Part shown: in pieces, positions 28,401-42,065 of the stretch | Position numbering within the stretch: position 1 is the first letter of the stretch | Layout: the number at the start of each line of letters is the position of its first letter | Assembly (NCBI GenBank): GCA_964016885.1 | Contig: OZ024763.1 | Span: 25,482,001 to 25,546,000, forward strand | DNA: 64,000 bases | DNA from: Eledone cirrhosa | Taxonomy: Eukaryota | Direction: 5' to 3' | Program-made: the position numbers and the translations under genes | The notes under the pieces: model-generated | The model's database searches: none | The model's input: only the letters and a program-made list of their open reading frames with translations | Told to the model about the DNA's origin: nothing

Positions 28401-28560
28401 AAATCTCCTGCAATGATTAGGAAGTCCTTGTCGTCTGTTAGAGCAGTAGTGTGTATTAGGGACTCGTAAAACCTATCCTTAAGTTCGTCTGGCAGCCCCG
28501 ATTGGGGTGTGTAAGCTGATATTATTGTGGTAATTGTCTTATTCAGGACTAGTCTGAGTT
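25495..28560 (-). mobile_element. 5'-truncated copy of the same RTE LINE, almost identical to 55449-58860
   Basis: Open ORF 25790-28560 differing at only a few residues (AYTPQ/AYAPQ, VLVSR/VLISR, DLRRL/DLHRL, SIKEL/SINEL); same 3'UTR. Confidence 0.95.
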
Positions 28561-28928
28561 TATATACATATATATAAGTGTATATACATATATATATGTG
28601 TGTGTATGTGTGTATTTGTGTGTGTTGTGTGTGTCTATATATATGTATAAGTAAGAAAGCAAGATCAAAGATATACTTCAACATATCTTATTCGTAATCA
28701 CGCATAACATGTTTTTTGCAAATGACCAGCAGTGTATGAGTGTGTGTGTGTGAGTGTATGTGTATGTGTGTGTGTATATATATATATATGTGTGTGTGTT
28801 TTTGTGTGTGTGTACGTATGTGTGTGTGTTTGTTTGAGTGTATGTGTATGTATGTATGTATATGTGTGTGTGTGTATGTGTATGTGTGTGTGTGTGTCTG
28901 TATGTATGTATATGTGTGCATGTGTGTG

Positions 28929-28959
<31 letters not shown>

Positions 28960-29033
28960 CTGTGTGTGTATGTGTGTATATCATCATCATTTTACGTATG
29001 CTTTTCCCTGCTTGCAAGGGTTGGACAATGTAT

Positions 29034-29740
29034 ATCATCATCATCATCATCATCATTTTACGTCCGCTTTTACTTGCTTGCAAGGGTGGGACGGGTCTTA
29101 TTCAGCACAGCATCTCTCCACTCGTCACGGTCCCTCGTCATCTCCACCGTGAGCTTCAATGATCTGAGGTCTGTTCTCACCACCTCCGCCCATGTTTTCG
29201 TGGTCTACCTCTACCACGTCTTCCTTCAACTGGCAATTCCTCCATGCGCATCACATGTCCATACCACCTCAGTCTCCTCTCCCGTACACTACATTCTATC
29301 CCTCTCAGACACAGTTTCTCTCTCAACACATTTATGCACGGTCGTTCACGCACATTTACACTGCACATCCAACGGAGCATGCTTGCCTCATTTCTCTCCA
29401 GCCGTCGCATATCCTCTGCAGTTGCTGCCCATGTCTCACTACCATGCAGCATCGCGCTCCTCACACAGGCATCATACAACCGGCCTTTCGTACACAGGGA
29501 GAAACCCTTCTTCGTCAACAGAGGAAGCAGCTCCCTAAACTTCTTCCAACCCGTCCTTATTCTAGATACTATGGCCTCGGAACACCCTCCTCCCATGCTA
29601 ATCTGATCTGCTAGGTACCGGAAGCTATCCACCACTTCTATAGCGCCCTCTTGCGTTTGAAAAATGTGTCTATCAATGCGACTTCTACTGTCTAATTTCC
29701 CTGTACATCTACTGCATACATATTTCTCCCTACCTGTTAT
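29034..29740 (-). mobile_element. 3' fragment of a third RTE subfamily
   Basis: VVDSFRYL...GWKKFRELLPLL...RRLRWYGHVMRM; related remnants at 45105-45450 and 55275-55435. Confidence 0.88.
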
Positions 29741-30820
29741 ATATATATACACATATATATATATGTGTGTGTGTATATATATATATATGTGTGTGTGGTG
29801 TGTGTGTGTGTGTGAGTTGTGTCGAGTGGTAACTACAGTTAAAAAAGCTACTCGTTACATTGATAGAGTACAGGCATTTTTATTATATATACAGAAATGA
29901 CTTCTACAGTACTAGAACTGTTTCATTCGTATGAAATCATCAGGAACAATATATATATATATATATATATATAATAAAGATACTATTTATAGTTATGTAT
30001 ATACTATACTATAAATAACTATAAACAGGAAAGGTCAGTAATTTATTACTACCTTATCACCAGTAAGAGAAATATATATATATATGAGTCCTGGGTTCAA
30101 TCGGGGGTAACCACAGTAAGTAAGGTACTCAATACATAGCAGAGTTTAGATATTTAATATAGAAATGGTTTCTATAGGACTAGAACTGTTTCATTCAGGA
30201 GAAATCATCAGGGCTTTCCTGATGATTTCCTTCGAATGAAACAGTTCTAGTCCTGTAGAAGCCATTTCTATATTAAATATATATATACAAAAAACGCCAG
30301 CACCAACAGTTTTGCAACAGATCTCAACATGAATAGACCTGTTATTTTTATCTGAAGACATTTTTTTCCAATTCCACCCCACCCGTCCCTTCAATCTATC
30401 TTATTTCTCATTCTTTCTTCTGATGAAGGACTAGCATCCAAAACGTTAAGACCCTCTTGCTGCTATTTCAAGCGTTAACCTAATATATCCCTTCCATATA
30501 CTGTACTGATTGTGTTGTTATTTCTGTTTACCTTTTACATACATACATATATATATATATGTATGTATGTGTGTGTATATATATACACACACACACATAC
30601 ACATACATATACACTAAGAGAGAGTGGAACATAAATATAAATATATACATATATAAATACATATATATATATACATCATTAAAGATAAATCATAACATGG
30701 TAGATCTGTATCCAAGATGGCCGACTAAATATGCACATGTGGTTTTACTGCCCCATTTTTTCCCCTCTTTCCCCATTCCTTCCTCCCATCACTCTTTACT
30801 TTCTATTTATCTTCTATTTT

Positions 30821-30852
30821 CTGATGAAGGACTAGTGTCCGAAACGTTAACA
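30821..30852 (+). ncRNA. Penelope-type minimal hammerhead core (direct-repeat copy at 30420; decayed minus copy at ~43131-43160)
   Basis: CTGATGA-A-GGAC-TAGT-GTCC-GAAACGTTAA; stem I not evident. Confidence 0.55.
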
Positions 30853-31809
30853 CTTTCTTCCTGCTATTTCAAGCATTAAACTATTTCTTCCATATACTGT
30901 TCCATATACTGTTTTGTTTGTTATTTCAGTTTACCATATATATGGTGGTGACGGTGGTGATGATGATGATGGTGGTGGTGGTGGAAGTGGTGATGGTCGT
31001 GGTGGCATTGGTGGCGGTGGTGATGATGATGTTGATATACACCATATCTCGCTATCCTTATATGTTATAATTAAATTATAGATCACATACACCCCCGTCT
31101 CACCACCCCCACCCCATCCACACCGCCCCTTTCAATGTAAAGTTATGTTGGTGCCACAACATCCAGGCCGAAACAAATGAGATTGTGTAGGTGTCACAAC
31201 AAAAAACACACAGTCCACGCTGTAATGTGGCCGTGTAGGCAACACGGTAAAAACCTCCCAGCCCCACACTGTAAATGTGGTTGGTGTTAGGAAGGACATC
31301 CAGCTGTAGAAAACCCGCCAGACAGTCCTATGCGAGCAAGACAACCACTCTTGCCTCAAGTGGGACTACCCCCGTCCAAACCCATGCAAGCGTGGAACAC
31401 GGACGTTAAACGTTGATGATGATGATGATGATGATCAGGTACAAGCCGAAGCTGAAGCATATAGACAATATGCCCCCACCCCCTCCCACTGAAAAGGGGT
31501 CGTGGAGGTGTCACCACAAAAAAGCACCCAGCCCACACTGTAAAGTGGTCGTGTAGCCACCCGGGTACAAAAGCACCCAGCACTCGCAGTAAATGAGGTT
31601 GGTGTTAGGAAGGGCATCCAGCTGTAGAAATCAAGCCAGAATCAGTTCCCGTATGAGCAAGACAAGGTCACCTGACCTGACATTGCCGCAACAGGACAAC
31701 CCGTGATAGCGTGGGAGAAAAGATCCCAAACCTCATTTGATTACCGAGTGTGGTGGAATTCATCAAAACGGACCAAGGAGACAATGTTTCCATTGGTCAT
31801 TCCATTGCT

Positions 31810-33734
31810 GATGCTATGTACTATCTACCAGTCACAACTCCTGGGATGCTATGTACTATCTACCAGTCACAACTCCTGGGATGCTATGTACTATCTACCA
31901 GTCACAACTCCTGGGATGCTATGTACTATCTACCAGTCACAACTCCTGGGATGCTATGTACTATCTACCAGTCACAACTCCTGGGATGCTATGTACTATC
32001 TACCAGTCACAACTCCTGGGATGCTATGTACTATCTACCAGTCACAACTCCTGGGATGCTATGTACTATCTACCAGTCACAACTCCTGGGATGCTATGTA
32101 CTATCTACCAGTCACAACTCCTGGGATGCTATGTACTATCTACCAGTCACAACTCCTGGGATGCTATGTACTATCTACCAGTCACAACTCCTGGGATGCT
32201 ATGTACTATCTACCAGTCACAACTCCTGGGATGCTATGTACTATCTACCAGTCACAACTCCTGGGATGCTATGTACTATCTACCAGTCACAACTCCTGGG
32301 ATGCTATGTACTATCTACCAGTCACAACTCCTGGGATGCTATGTACTATCTACCAGTCACAACTCCTGGGATGCTATGTACTATCTACCAGTCACAACTC
32401 CTGGGATGCTATGTACTATCTACCAGTCACAACTCCTGGGATGCTATGTACTATCTACCAGTCACAACTCCTGGGATGCTATGTACTATCTACCAGTCAC
32501 AACTCCTGGGATGCTATGTACTATCTACCAGTCACAACTCCTGGGATGCTATGTACTATCTACCAGTCACAACTCCTGGGATGCTATGTACTATCTACCA
32601 GTCACAACTCCTGGGATGCTATGTACTATCTACCAGTCACAACTCCTGGGATGCTATGTACTATCTACCAGTCACAACTCCTGGGATGCTATGTACTATC
32701 TACCAGTCACAACTCCTGGGATGCTATGTACTATCTACCAGTCACAACTCCTGGGATGCTATGTACTATCTACCAGTCACAACTCCTGGGATGCTATGTA
32801 CTATCTACCAGTCACAACTCCTGGGATGCTATGTACTATCTACCAGTCACAACTCCTGGGATGCTATGTACTATCTACCAGTCACAACTCCTGGGATGCT
32901 ATGTACTATCTACCAGTCACAACTCCTGGGATGCTATGTACTATCTACCAGTCACAACTCCTGGGATGCTATGTACTATCTACCAGTCACAACTCCTGGG
33001 ATGCTATGTACTATCTACCAGTCACAACTCCTGGGATGCTATGTACTATCTACCAGTCACAACTCCTGGGATGCTATGTACTATCTACCAGTCACAACTC
33101 CTGGGATGCTATGTACTATCTACCAGTCACAACTCCTGGGATGCTATGTACTATCTACCAGTCACAACTCCTGGGATGCTATGTACTATCTACCAGTCAC
33201 AACTCCTGGGATGCTATGTACTATCTACCAGTCACAACTCCTGGGATGCTATGTACTATCTACCAGTCACAACTCCTGGGATGCTATGTACTATCTACCA
33301 GTCACAACTCCTGGGATGCTATGTACTATCTACCAGTCACAACTCCTGGGATGCTATGTACTATCTACCAGTCACAACTCCTGGGATGCTATGTACTATC
33401 TACCAGTCACAACTCCTGGGATGCTATGTACTATCTACCAGTCACAACTCCTGGGATGCTATGTACTATCTACCAGTCACAACTCCTGGGATGCTATGTA
33501 CTATCTACCAGTCACAACTCCTGGGATGCTATGTACTATCTACCAGTCACAACTCCTGGGATGCTATGTACTATCTACCAGTCACAACTCCTGGGATGCT
33601 ATGTACTATCTACCAGTCACAACTCCTGGGATGCTATGTACTATCTACCAGTCACAACTCCTGGGATGCTATGTACTATCTACCAGTCACAACTCCTGGG
33701 ATGCTATGTACTATCTACCAGTCACAACTCCTGG
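31810..33734. repeat. Perfect 35-bp minisatellite, ~55 copies
   Basis: Unit GATGCTATGTACTATCTACCAGTCACAACTCCTGG with no visible variants. Confidence 0.97.
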
Positions 33735-34373
33735 CAGAAAGAGCAACATGGAATAAAGTGTCTTGCTCAAGAACATCACACATAATGCGGTCCAGGATTC
33801 AAACTCACAACCTCACGATTGTGAATCCAATTCTCTAACCACTTAACCACCAAGTCACATGCTTATAATAGACTACGGTGATGATGTTGATGATGATGAT
33901 GACAATAATAATAATTGTTTCTACTTTAGGCACAAGGCCAGCAATTATAGGTAGTAATAAAGTACCAGTACATTACTGGTACTTTATTTTATCGACCCCG
34001 TAAGGATGAAAGGCAAAGTTAACCTCAGCGGGATTTGAACTCAGACTGTAAAGGGACGTAACTCTATGCGTCAAAGCATGGCGTCCAACCCTCTACCGAT
34101 ACTTAATAATAATAATAATTGTTTCTACTTTTGGCACAAGGCCAGCAATTACCCAGTACATTACTGGTACTTTATTTTATCGACCCCGTAAGGATGAAAG
34201 GCAAAGTTAACCTCGGCGGGATTTGAACTCAGAATGGCAAGGGCCATAACTCTATGTTACAAAGCATGTTGATGAAACTAACCCAAAAAACAATACCACT
34301 ACCACCACCAAAACCATTCCTACCCTACTTCACACACATACAAATACACACACACACAAACACATACACAAAC

Positions 34374-34388
34374 TTGCTCCCTCAGCAC
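34374..34388 (-). CDS. Candidate 15-nt dvl microexon (S/G-AEGA-N)
   Basis: ttttactgtctgcacag|GTGCTGAGGGAGCAA|gtttgt; frame-preserving, phase 1/1. Confidence 0.4.
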
Positions 34389-35102
34389 CTGTGCAGACAG
34401 TAAAACCTAATTTTGGCAGTGTTTAAAACACAAAAAGCACAGCCCACCCCCTCCACATCAACCCCCCCCCCCACACTCCCAGTACCCCTCACCCACCCCC
34501 ACACCCACTAGCAACCACCCAAGTTGTTGTCTCATCAAGTTCTCTTTACTCACTCACCTGCTCTCAGTTGCCAAACAGTAAATGAATGTAGCAGAGTATT
34601 GTACAATGTGTGTGTGTGTATGCGTGTGTGTATGTGTACACACACACACACATGCAAATATTTATATACACATACACACATGTATACACACAGAAACACA
34701 CATATATATATACACATAAATACGTATATATATACATACACACACACACATATATACATATATACAATATATATATGCACACACACATATATACATACAC
34801 TCACACACGTGTATGTATATATATATATATATACACACACACATAAATATATATATATATATATACAAACGTGTATATATATATTTACATGTGTATATAT
34901 ATACAAACGTGTATTTATATATACAAACATGTGTATATATATACATGTGCATATATATGTATATACACACACACACATATATATATACAAACACGTAAAG
35001 CGATGAAATACCAATGATGGTTGGAAGATCACTGATGAAGGACTAACTTTATTCATATGTAACCCATTTGCAACCACGCAGTACGTTTGTTCTCATATTT
35101 AC

Positions 35103-35135
<33 letters not shown>

Positions 35136-36463
35136 ATTATAAATACACACACACACATATACCCCTAAAACCCTCAGCAAAAGCTCAGTGCATGTTACTA
35201 AGTCATACTCGATTGCAAATGACAGCTGTAGCTTTTTATTATATCAGTGTATGGTTGGTGGATAATGAATCCACAATACTGAACTAGAGCTTAATACTAT
35301 CATCTCTTATGGTTAAATAAGGTGTCATCTTACTCTGGAGTTTCACCTATGTACTCACATGATCATCAGACAAGCCCGAATGTTAAGACTGTGAGTACAC
35401 AGTACATATCATCATCACCATCATCATCATCGTTTAACATACATCTTCCACGCCAGCATGGGTTAGACGGGATTGTCCCACTTGAGGCAAGATAGGTTGG
35501 GTGACCGTGTCGTGCTCGTATAGGACTGTAAGTGGCAGGTTGTCTACAGCTGGATGCCATTTCTAACACCAACCACATTTACAGTGTGGACTGGGTGTTT
35601 TTTGTTGTGACATCTACCTGACCACTCTACAGTGTGGACTGGGTGCCTTTTTACCATGTCTCCTAGTAGACCACTTTACAGTGTAGACTGGCTGTTTTTT
35701 GTTGTGACACCTACATGACCACTTTACAGTGTGGACTGGGTGCTTTTTGTTGTGTCACCTACACGATCACTTTACAGTGTGGACTGGGTGCTTTTTGTCG
35801 TGTCACCTCCACGATCACTTTACAGTGTGGACTGGGTGCTTTTTGTCGTGTCACCTCCACGATCACTTTACAGTGTGGACTAGATGTTTTGTGGTACCAA
35901 CAATAAATAATTTTAGTAGAAGAGATCAATAGATATATTTTTCTCTTCTGTATATTGATAATTTATACATATACATATATATATTCAACTTTTATCTTGT
36001 ATTCTTCATACCAAGGTGGTTTTCCAGCCCTCGAAATTTTAAACACAAATTTTTCTGTGTTTTTCCCTATATATATATATTATAGAAATGGCTTCTACCG
36101 GACTAGAACTATTTCATTAAGAGAAAATCATCAGGAAAGCCGACTGCCAATGTAATATGGTGGTATTTATACATTTTCTGGTGGTAGGAGAGGGTGGAGG
36201 TCATTGGCTGATGGATTTAAAGAAAGGGGATTCTTTAAAAAAACTATATTTAGAGAAAAGTACATAGTGATACAAAGGCAGAAGTAAATTCAAGCAAAGT
36301 ACCTATAGACAAACACATACACACTGAGAGGCACTCCTAATTTTCAAGGTTCATTTATTCCAAGCAAAGAAAGGCTTTTCATTGAATGGCAATATTAAAA
36401 TGTTCTGCTAAAGGATGTTGAGGTCTGCAAAAATGGTCAGGTGTGTACAATCACACACACACA

Positions 36464-36511
<48 letters not shown>

Positions 36512-36659
36512 CGGTGGGCTCTTTTGCTAGTTAGAAATATAGTATTAAAAAGGTTAAAGTGTTTATATCTATCTAAAAAAACAAAAAAAAACATTAGTTG
36601 TATTGCTAAATCTCTTTGAATTCTTGATTATTTTCCAAATGAGGTATTTGGAGTGCAAT

Positions 36660-37095
36660 AAAGTGCATAGCTCAGAGATCAGAGAGTCACTCCAGGTAGA
36701 GCTGCTACTTCTCTGAATTGAGAGATCACAGCTCCGATACTATGGGTTAGAATGTCTTAGGAAAGAATCACTGGACAGATTTGTAGCTCGGAGATCAGAG
36801 AGTCACTCCAGGTAGAGCTGCTACTTCTCCGAATTGAGAGATCACAGCTCTGATACTATGGGCATGTGGTTAGAATGTCTCAGGAAAGAATCACTGGACA
36901 GATTTTATGTGTGAAACCAACTGGTAGGATACCCAGGGGTGGACCCCGAGCAAGATGGTTGCAAAACAACCATGAACTTGGTTGATCACGTTTGCGGTTC
37001 CAGCTGAATCAGTTGGAGACAGTTGCTTCTGAAAGGACCGCTGGAAGGAGGGTTTGATGACTGCCACCATGACCCTCTCAGGAATAAGTGGGCAA
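36660..37095 (+). mobile_element. Degenerate RTE-type 3'-end repeat with internal tandem duplication (other copies at 6045-6290, 19275-19515, 20590-21030, 42075-42700)
   Basis: Translates to EIRESLQVELLLLRIERSQL.YYGHVVRM...GRIPRGGPRARW, an RTE C-terminal pattern; recurs five times in the window. Confidence 0.75.
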
Positions 37096-37779
37096 AGAAA
37101 AGATAAAGAAGGTGTTTGTTAGCTGAACTGAAGATAAATGAGGGGGAGGAATTATGCTACTATTTCTAGCATTACTGAGTAAGACCTGAATTATAAAAAC
37201 CCATGCAGATGTTTAACGTTGAGTTTTATTTTCTATTTCTTTTTTTCAAAATTGCCACAAGGTTGACAGGTCCCTTGTCTGGGGGGTGGGGATGGAGAGG
37301 TGGGGGACAACCCGAAACAAAAAGGGGACCCCGTTTATGAGGACAACGACAAATTACAAAAAAACGGCAGGGGTTGTTTTACATCAAGTATGGAAAACAG
37401 GCATGGAAAAGTAAAACTCTTGCGGGCACACCCCCAAAATAAAAAGAAAGACACCAGTAGGAAGGAAAAGACAAAAAGCAAACCAGAACAACAACAACAA
37501 CATCAACAACAGACAGCAGTGGTGGTGGTGGGGGTCCATAGTTGTTTTACTAAGGAACCTTGATATATTACTACCAAACAACATTACTTGTTTTCAAGGC
37601 AAGTATTTTGATGAATATAACAGCAGGAACAACAATAACGGAAATAGATTTATTTAAAGATATATATATATATACATATATATACATATATATACATATA
37701 TATATATATACATACATATATATACATATATACACACATACATATATACATACATTTATATACATATATACACACATAC

Positions 37780-37878
<99 letters not shown>

Positions 37879-38243
37879 CATATACATACATATATATATG
37901 CACACACACACACATATATATAATTACTATTATTTTTAGAAGAAAATAAATTAAGAATTTGTCGAGAGGGAGATTGAAAAAAATGTTTTAAATAACGACA
38001 AGAAGGATTCTGTGACACAAAAACCTATTAGAATTGTAACGGATGGTTGATAGGGTGGTGGGTGGGGTGAGGAGTGTGGGGTAGGGTTTGGTGAGGGTAG
38101 ATGACTACTGTGATAGTTGATAGGGTAGTAGATGGTGCAAGAAGGCTTTGGTGAATTAAATGACTTCTGTGAAAGTCAATGGTATTTTGGTGTGCATGTG
38201 TACACACAACATAATATATATATATATATTATATATATATATA

Positions 38244-39392
38244 TAGGAGTAGGTAGAAACTCCCTTTTATGTCCCAAATGCAAAGTATGGGTGCATAAAA
38301 GATGTAGTGGGATCACAGGTAAGCTAACTAAGAACATAGATTTTATATGTGGCCGGTGCTCAGGTGCAATAAGTAGCAGCAAGTGTCCACAGAATACTAG
38401 CTCATTCCATTGCACAGATGGTTCTATAGAAATAGTGGACACCTTCCGTTACTTGGGTGACAAAATCAGCAGTGGTGGAGGGTGTTCTGAAAGTATAGTA
38501 GCTAGAGTCAGAACTGGATGGAAAAAGTTCAGAGAGCTTATACCACTATTAGCCACTAAAGGGTTCTCTCTAAAAATGAAAGGCAGGCTGTATGATGCCT
38601 GCATACGAACAGCAATGTTACATGGCAGTGAGACCTGGGCATTGTGTGCAGAGGATATACGCAGACTGGAGAGGAACGAAGCTTGCATGCTCCGCTGGAT
38701 GTGTAATAGTAATATACGTGAACGGCAAAGCATAAACGAACTAAGGGAAAAATTAGAAATAAGAGGGATCAGATGTTGTTTACTCGAGAGAAGACTACGT
38801 TGGTATGGTCACGTGATGCGCATGAAAGACGACAGCTGTATAAAAAAGTGCAGGGCAATAAAAATAGACGGTAGCCACGGAGTAGGCAGACCCAGAAAAA
38901 CTTGGGACGACTTGATAAATTCCGACCTCACACACTTACACCTCTCCAAGACAACGTCACTGGACTGACATCTTTGGCGCTACACAGTAATACAGAAGAC
39001 CCACCTTACCTAAGTACAAAGTGAAACCTACTACAGTCAGTAGGCACCTCTAACAAAATACACCCCCGTCGCACAACCTCCACCCCATCCACACCACCCC
39101 TTTCAATGTAAAGTTATGTTGGTACCACAACATCCAGTCCGAAACAAATGAGGTCGTGTAGGTGTCACGACAAAAAAACACACAGTCCACGCTGTAATGT
39201 GGCCGTGTAGGTAACACGGTAAAAACCTCCCAGTCCACACTGTAAACGTGGTTGGTGTTAGGAAGAGCATCCAGCCGTAGAAAACCCGCCAGACAGTCCT
39301 ATGCGAGGAAGACAACCACTCTTGCCTCAAGTGGGAAAACTTCCGTCCAAACCCATGCAAGCGTGGAAGATGGACGTTAAATGATGATGATG

Positions 39393-39393
<1 letters not shown>
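38244..39393 (+). mobile_element. 3' fragment of a related RTE subfamily with its 3'UTR
   Basis: GVGRNSLLCPKCKVWVHKRC...RRLRWYGHVMRM; related 3'UTR ending in (GAT)n. Confidence 0.9.
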
Positions 39394-39423
<30 letters not shown>

Positions 39424-39620
39424 GTAAAGTTAACCTCAGCGGGATTTGAACTCAAATCTTTGCAGCATAGAGTTACGGCCCTTTGTGATCTGAGTTCAAA
39501 TCCCGTTGAGGTTAACTTTGCCTTTCATCCTTACTGGGCTGATAAAATAAAGTACCAGTAATGCACTGGGATAATTGCTGGCCTTGTGCCAAAAGTAGAA
39601 ACAATTATATATATTATACA

Positions 39621-39675
<55 letters not shown>

Positions 39676-40181
39676 TTTATTTATTTATTTATTTAATTAT
39701 TTATTTAATATAAGAACAGATTAATGTGTAAGCAAAGAATCGCTGCTTTCACCCTTAACGGGATCTTCGGATTTTAGTCTTCACATTTATTATTACTATA
39801 TATTATACACATATAAGGGCGGTGGATTGGCAGTATCGGTAGAGAGTCGGAAGCCATGCTTTCCAGCTTATTTACGTCCCTTTATGATCTGAGTTCAAAT
39901 CCCGCCGAGGTTGACTTTGCCTTTCATCCTTACGGGGTCGATAAAATAAAGTACCAGTAATGCACTGGGTAATTGCTGGCCTTGTGTCTAAAGTAGAAAC
40001 AATTATATACATATATATATATAAAATATATATAAATATAAAAAACTGTAGACCAAATATTTATTATAAGAACAGATTGAAGTTTAAGCAAAGAATCTCT
40101 GCTTTCACCCTTAATGGGAGTTTCAGAAGATCCCGTTAAGGGGGAAAGCAGCGATTCTTTGCTTAAACTTTAATCTGTTCT

Positions 40182-41830
40182 TAGGGACCGGGTGAAACTA
40201 GATGAGATGCAATTTGGGTTTGTACCAGGAAGAGGCACCACTGATGCCCTCCTCCTTGTGAGGCAGTTACAGGAAAAGTACCTAGCTAAAAGTAAGCCAC
40301 TCTACCTGGCATTCGTCGATCTCGAGAAAGCCTTTGACAGAGTTCTACGTGCTGTAATCTGGTGGGCTCTTAGAAAACTAGGAGTAGATGAATGGCTTGT
40401 GAATGCTGTACAAGCCATGTATAGGGGAGCAGTCAGCAAAGTTAGGATTAGCAATGAGTATAGCGAGGAATTTAGCGTACAGGTTGGGGTTCACCAGGGC
40501 TCTGTTCTTAGCCCTCTCCTGTTCATCATAGTCCTGCAGGCAATAACGGAGGAGTTTAAGACCGGATGCCCATGGGAACTCCTTTATGCTGATGACCTTG
40601 CACTTATAGCTGAATCTATGGTAGAACTAGAGAAGAAATTCCAAACTTGGAAGCAGGGACTAGAAAGAAAGGGTCTCAAAGTCAACATGACAAAGACTAA
40701 GGTCCTTGTAAGTAGACGAGAAAACAGAACCCAGATCCCCCCAGGGAAATGGCCTTGCTCAGTATGTAGGAAAGGTGTAGGTAGGAACTCCATTCTCTGG
40801 CCCAAATACAAACAATGGGTACACAAGAGATGTAGCGGGATCTCAGGAAGCTTAATTACGAATGTAGGCTTCACATGCAGCAAACAGCCACAGGAAACAA
40901 GTACCACCAATCTCTGGGAGGGCTCTGTAGAGACAGTAGACAGCTTCTGCTACCTAGGTGACCGAATTAGCAGCGGAGGTGGGTGTTCAGAAAGTACAAT
41001 AACTAGGGTAAGAACGGGATGGAAGAAGTTCAGGGAACTACTACCACTGCTAGCTGCAAAAGGCTTCTCCCTCAAAATGAAAGGCAGACTGTATGATGCG
41101 TGTATCCGAACACCAATGTTACATGGTAGTGAGACCTGGGCGCTGAAGGTGGAAGATTTACGTAGATTAGAGAGAAACGAAGCCTGCATGCTCTGATGGA
41201 TGTGTAATAGTAATATACGCGAACGACAAAGCATAAATGAATTGAGAGAGAGACTGAGCATAAGACGAATCAAATGCTGTGTGCAGGAGAGGCGGATGCG
41301 TTGGTATGGACATGTGATGCGTATGAAGGATGACAGCTGCATAAAAAGGTGCAGAGCACTAGAAGTCGATGGAAACCGCGGAGTGGGGAGACCCGAGATG
41401 ACCTGGGTTGAGGTGATAAAAGCCGACCTTACCCAATTACACCTCTCAAAGGCGACGACACACGACCGTGACCTCTGGCTTCACGCAGTAATATAGAGTA
41501 CCCGACCTCCCATGGGTACAAGCTGAAGCATATAGACAATATGCCCCCACACCCTCCCACTGCAAGGTGGTCGTGGAGGTGCCACAGCAAAAAAGCACCC
41601 AGCCCACATTGTAAAGTGGACATGTAGGCGCCACGAAAAAGCACCCAGCACTCACTGTAAATGAGGTTGGTGTTAGGAAGGGCATCCAGCTGTAGAAATC
41701 AAGCCAAATCAGTTCCTGTATGAGCAAGGCATGGTCAGCCGACCAGACACTGCCCACAACAGGACAACCCATCTAACCCATGCTAGCGTGGAAGAACGGA
41801 CGTAAAACGGTGATGATGATGATGATGATG
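40182..41830 (+). mobile_element. 5'-truncated, slightly decayed copy of the same RTE LINE in the opposite orientation
   Basis: RT ORF 40192-41196 interrupted by CGA>TGA, small deletion in the Zn finger, same 3'UTR and (GAT)n tail. Confidence 0.93.
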
Positions 41831-41979
41831 ATATATATATAATCCTTATCGAGCTCTCTTCAAATTTTTGTTTTCACACTTTTTATTACTATATATATAT
41901 ACACACACATACACCATATTGTTCAGCTCCTCTGTCTTAGTTGGTATTGCATTAGAAACCTAACCTTATTACATAAGAT

Positions 41980-42065
41980 GCTGTCTGATGAAGTTGTGTT
42001 ACTGGTTGCATGATCAAAGCATAATGTAGCCATGATTGCCTTGCCATTGAAATATGTATCATAGT
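41980..42065 (+). ncRNA. Hammerhead-like motif with a long stem II
   Basis: GCTGT-CTGATGA-[..TGGTTGCA..TGTAGCCA..]-GAAA-TATGTA-TC-ATAGT. Confidence 0.5.

Noticed and set aside
25920-28469. Plus-strand ORFs over the LINEs (also 55879-58428)
   Set aside because: Antisense shadows of the RT ORF
31703-33838. 644-711 aa repetitive ORFs and a CRISPR-like appearance
   Set aside because: Pure 35-bp tandem repeat with no spacers, derived from a SINE; eukaryotic context with no cas genes
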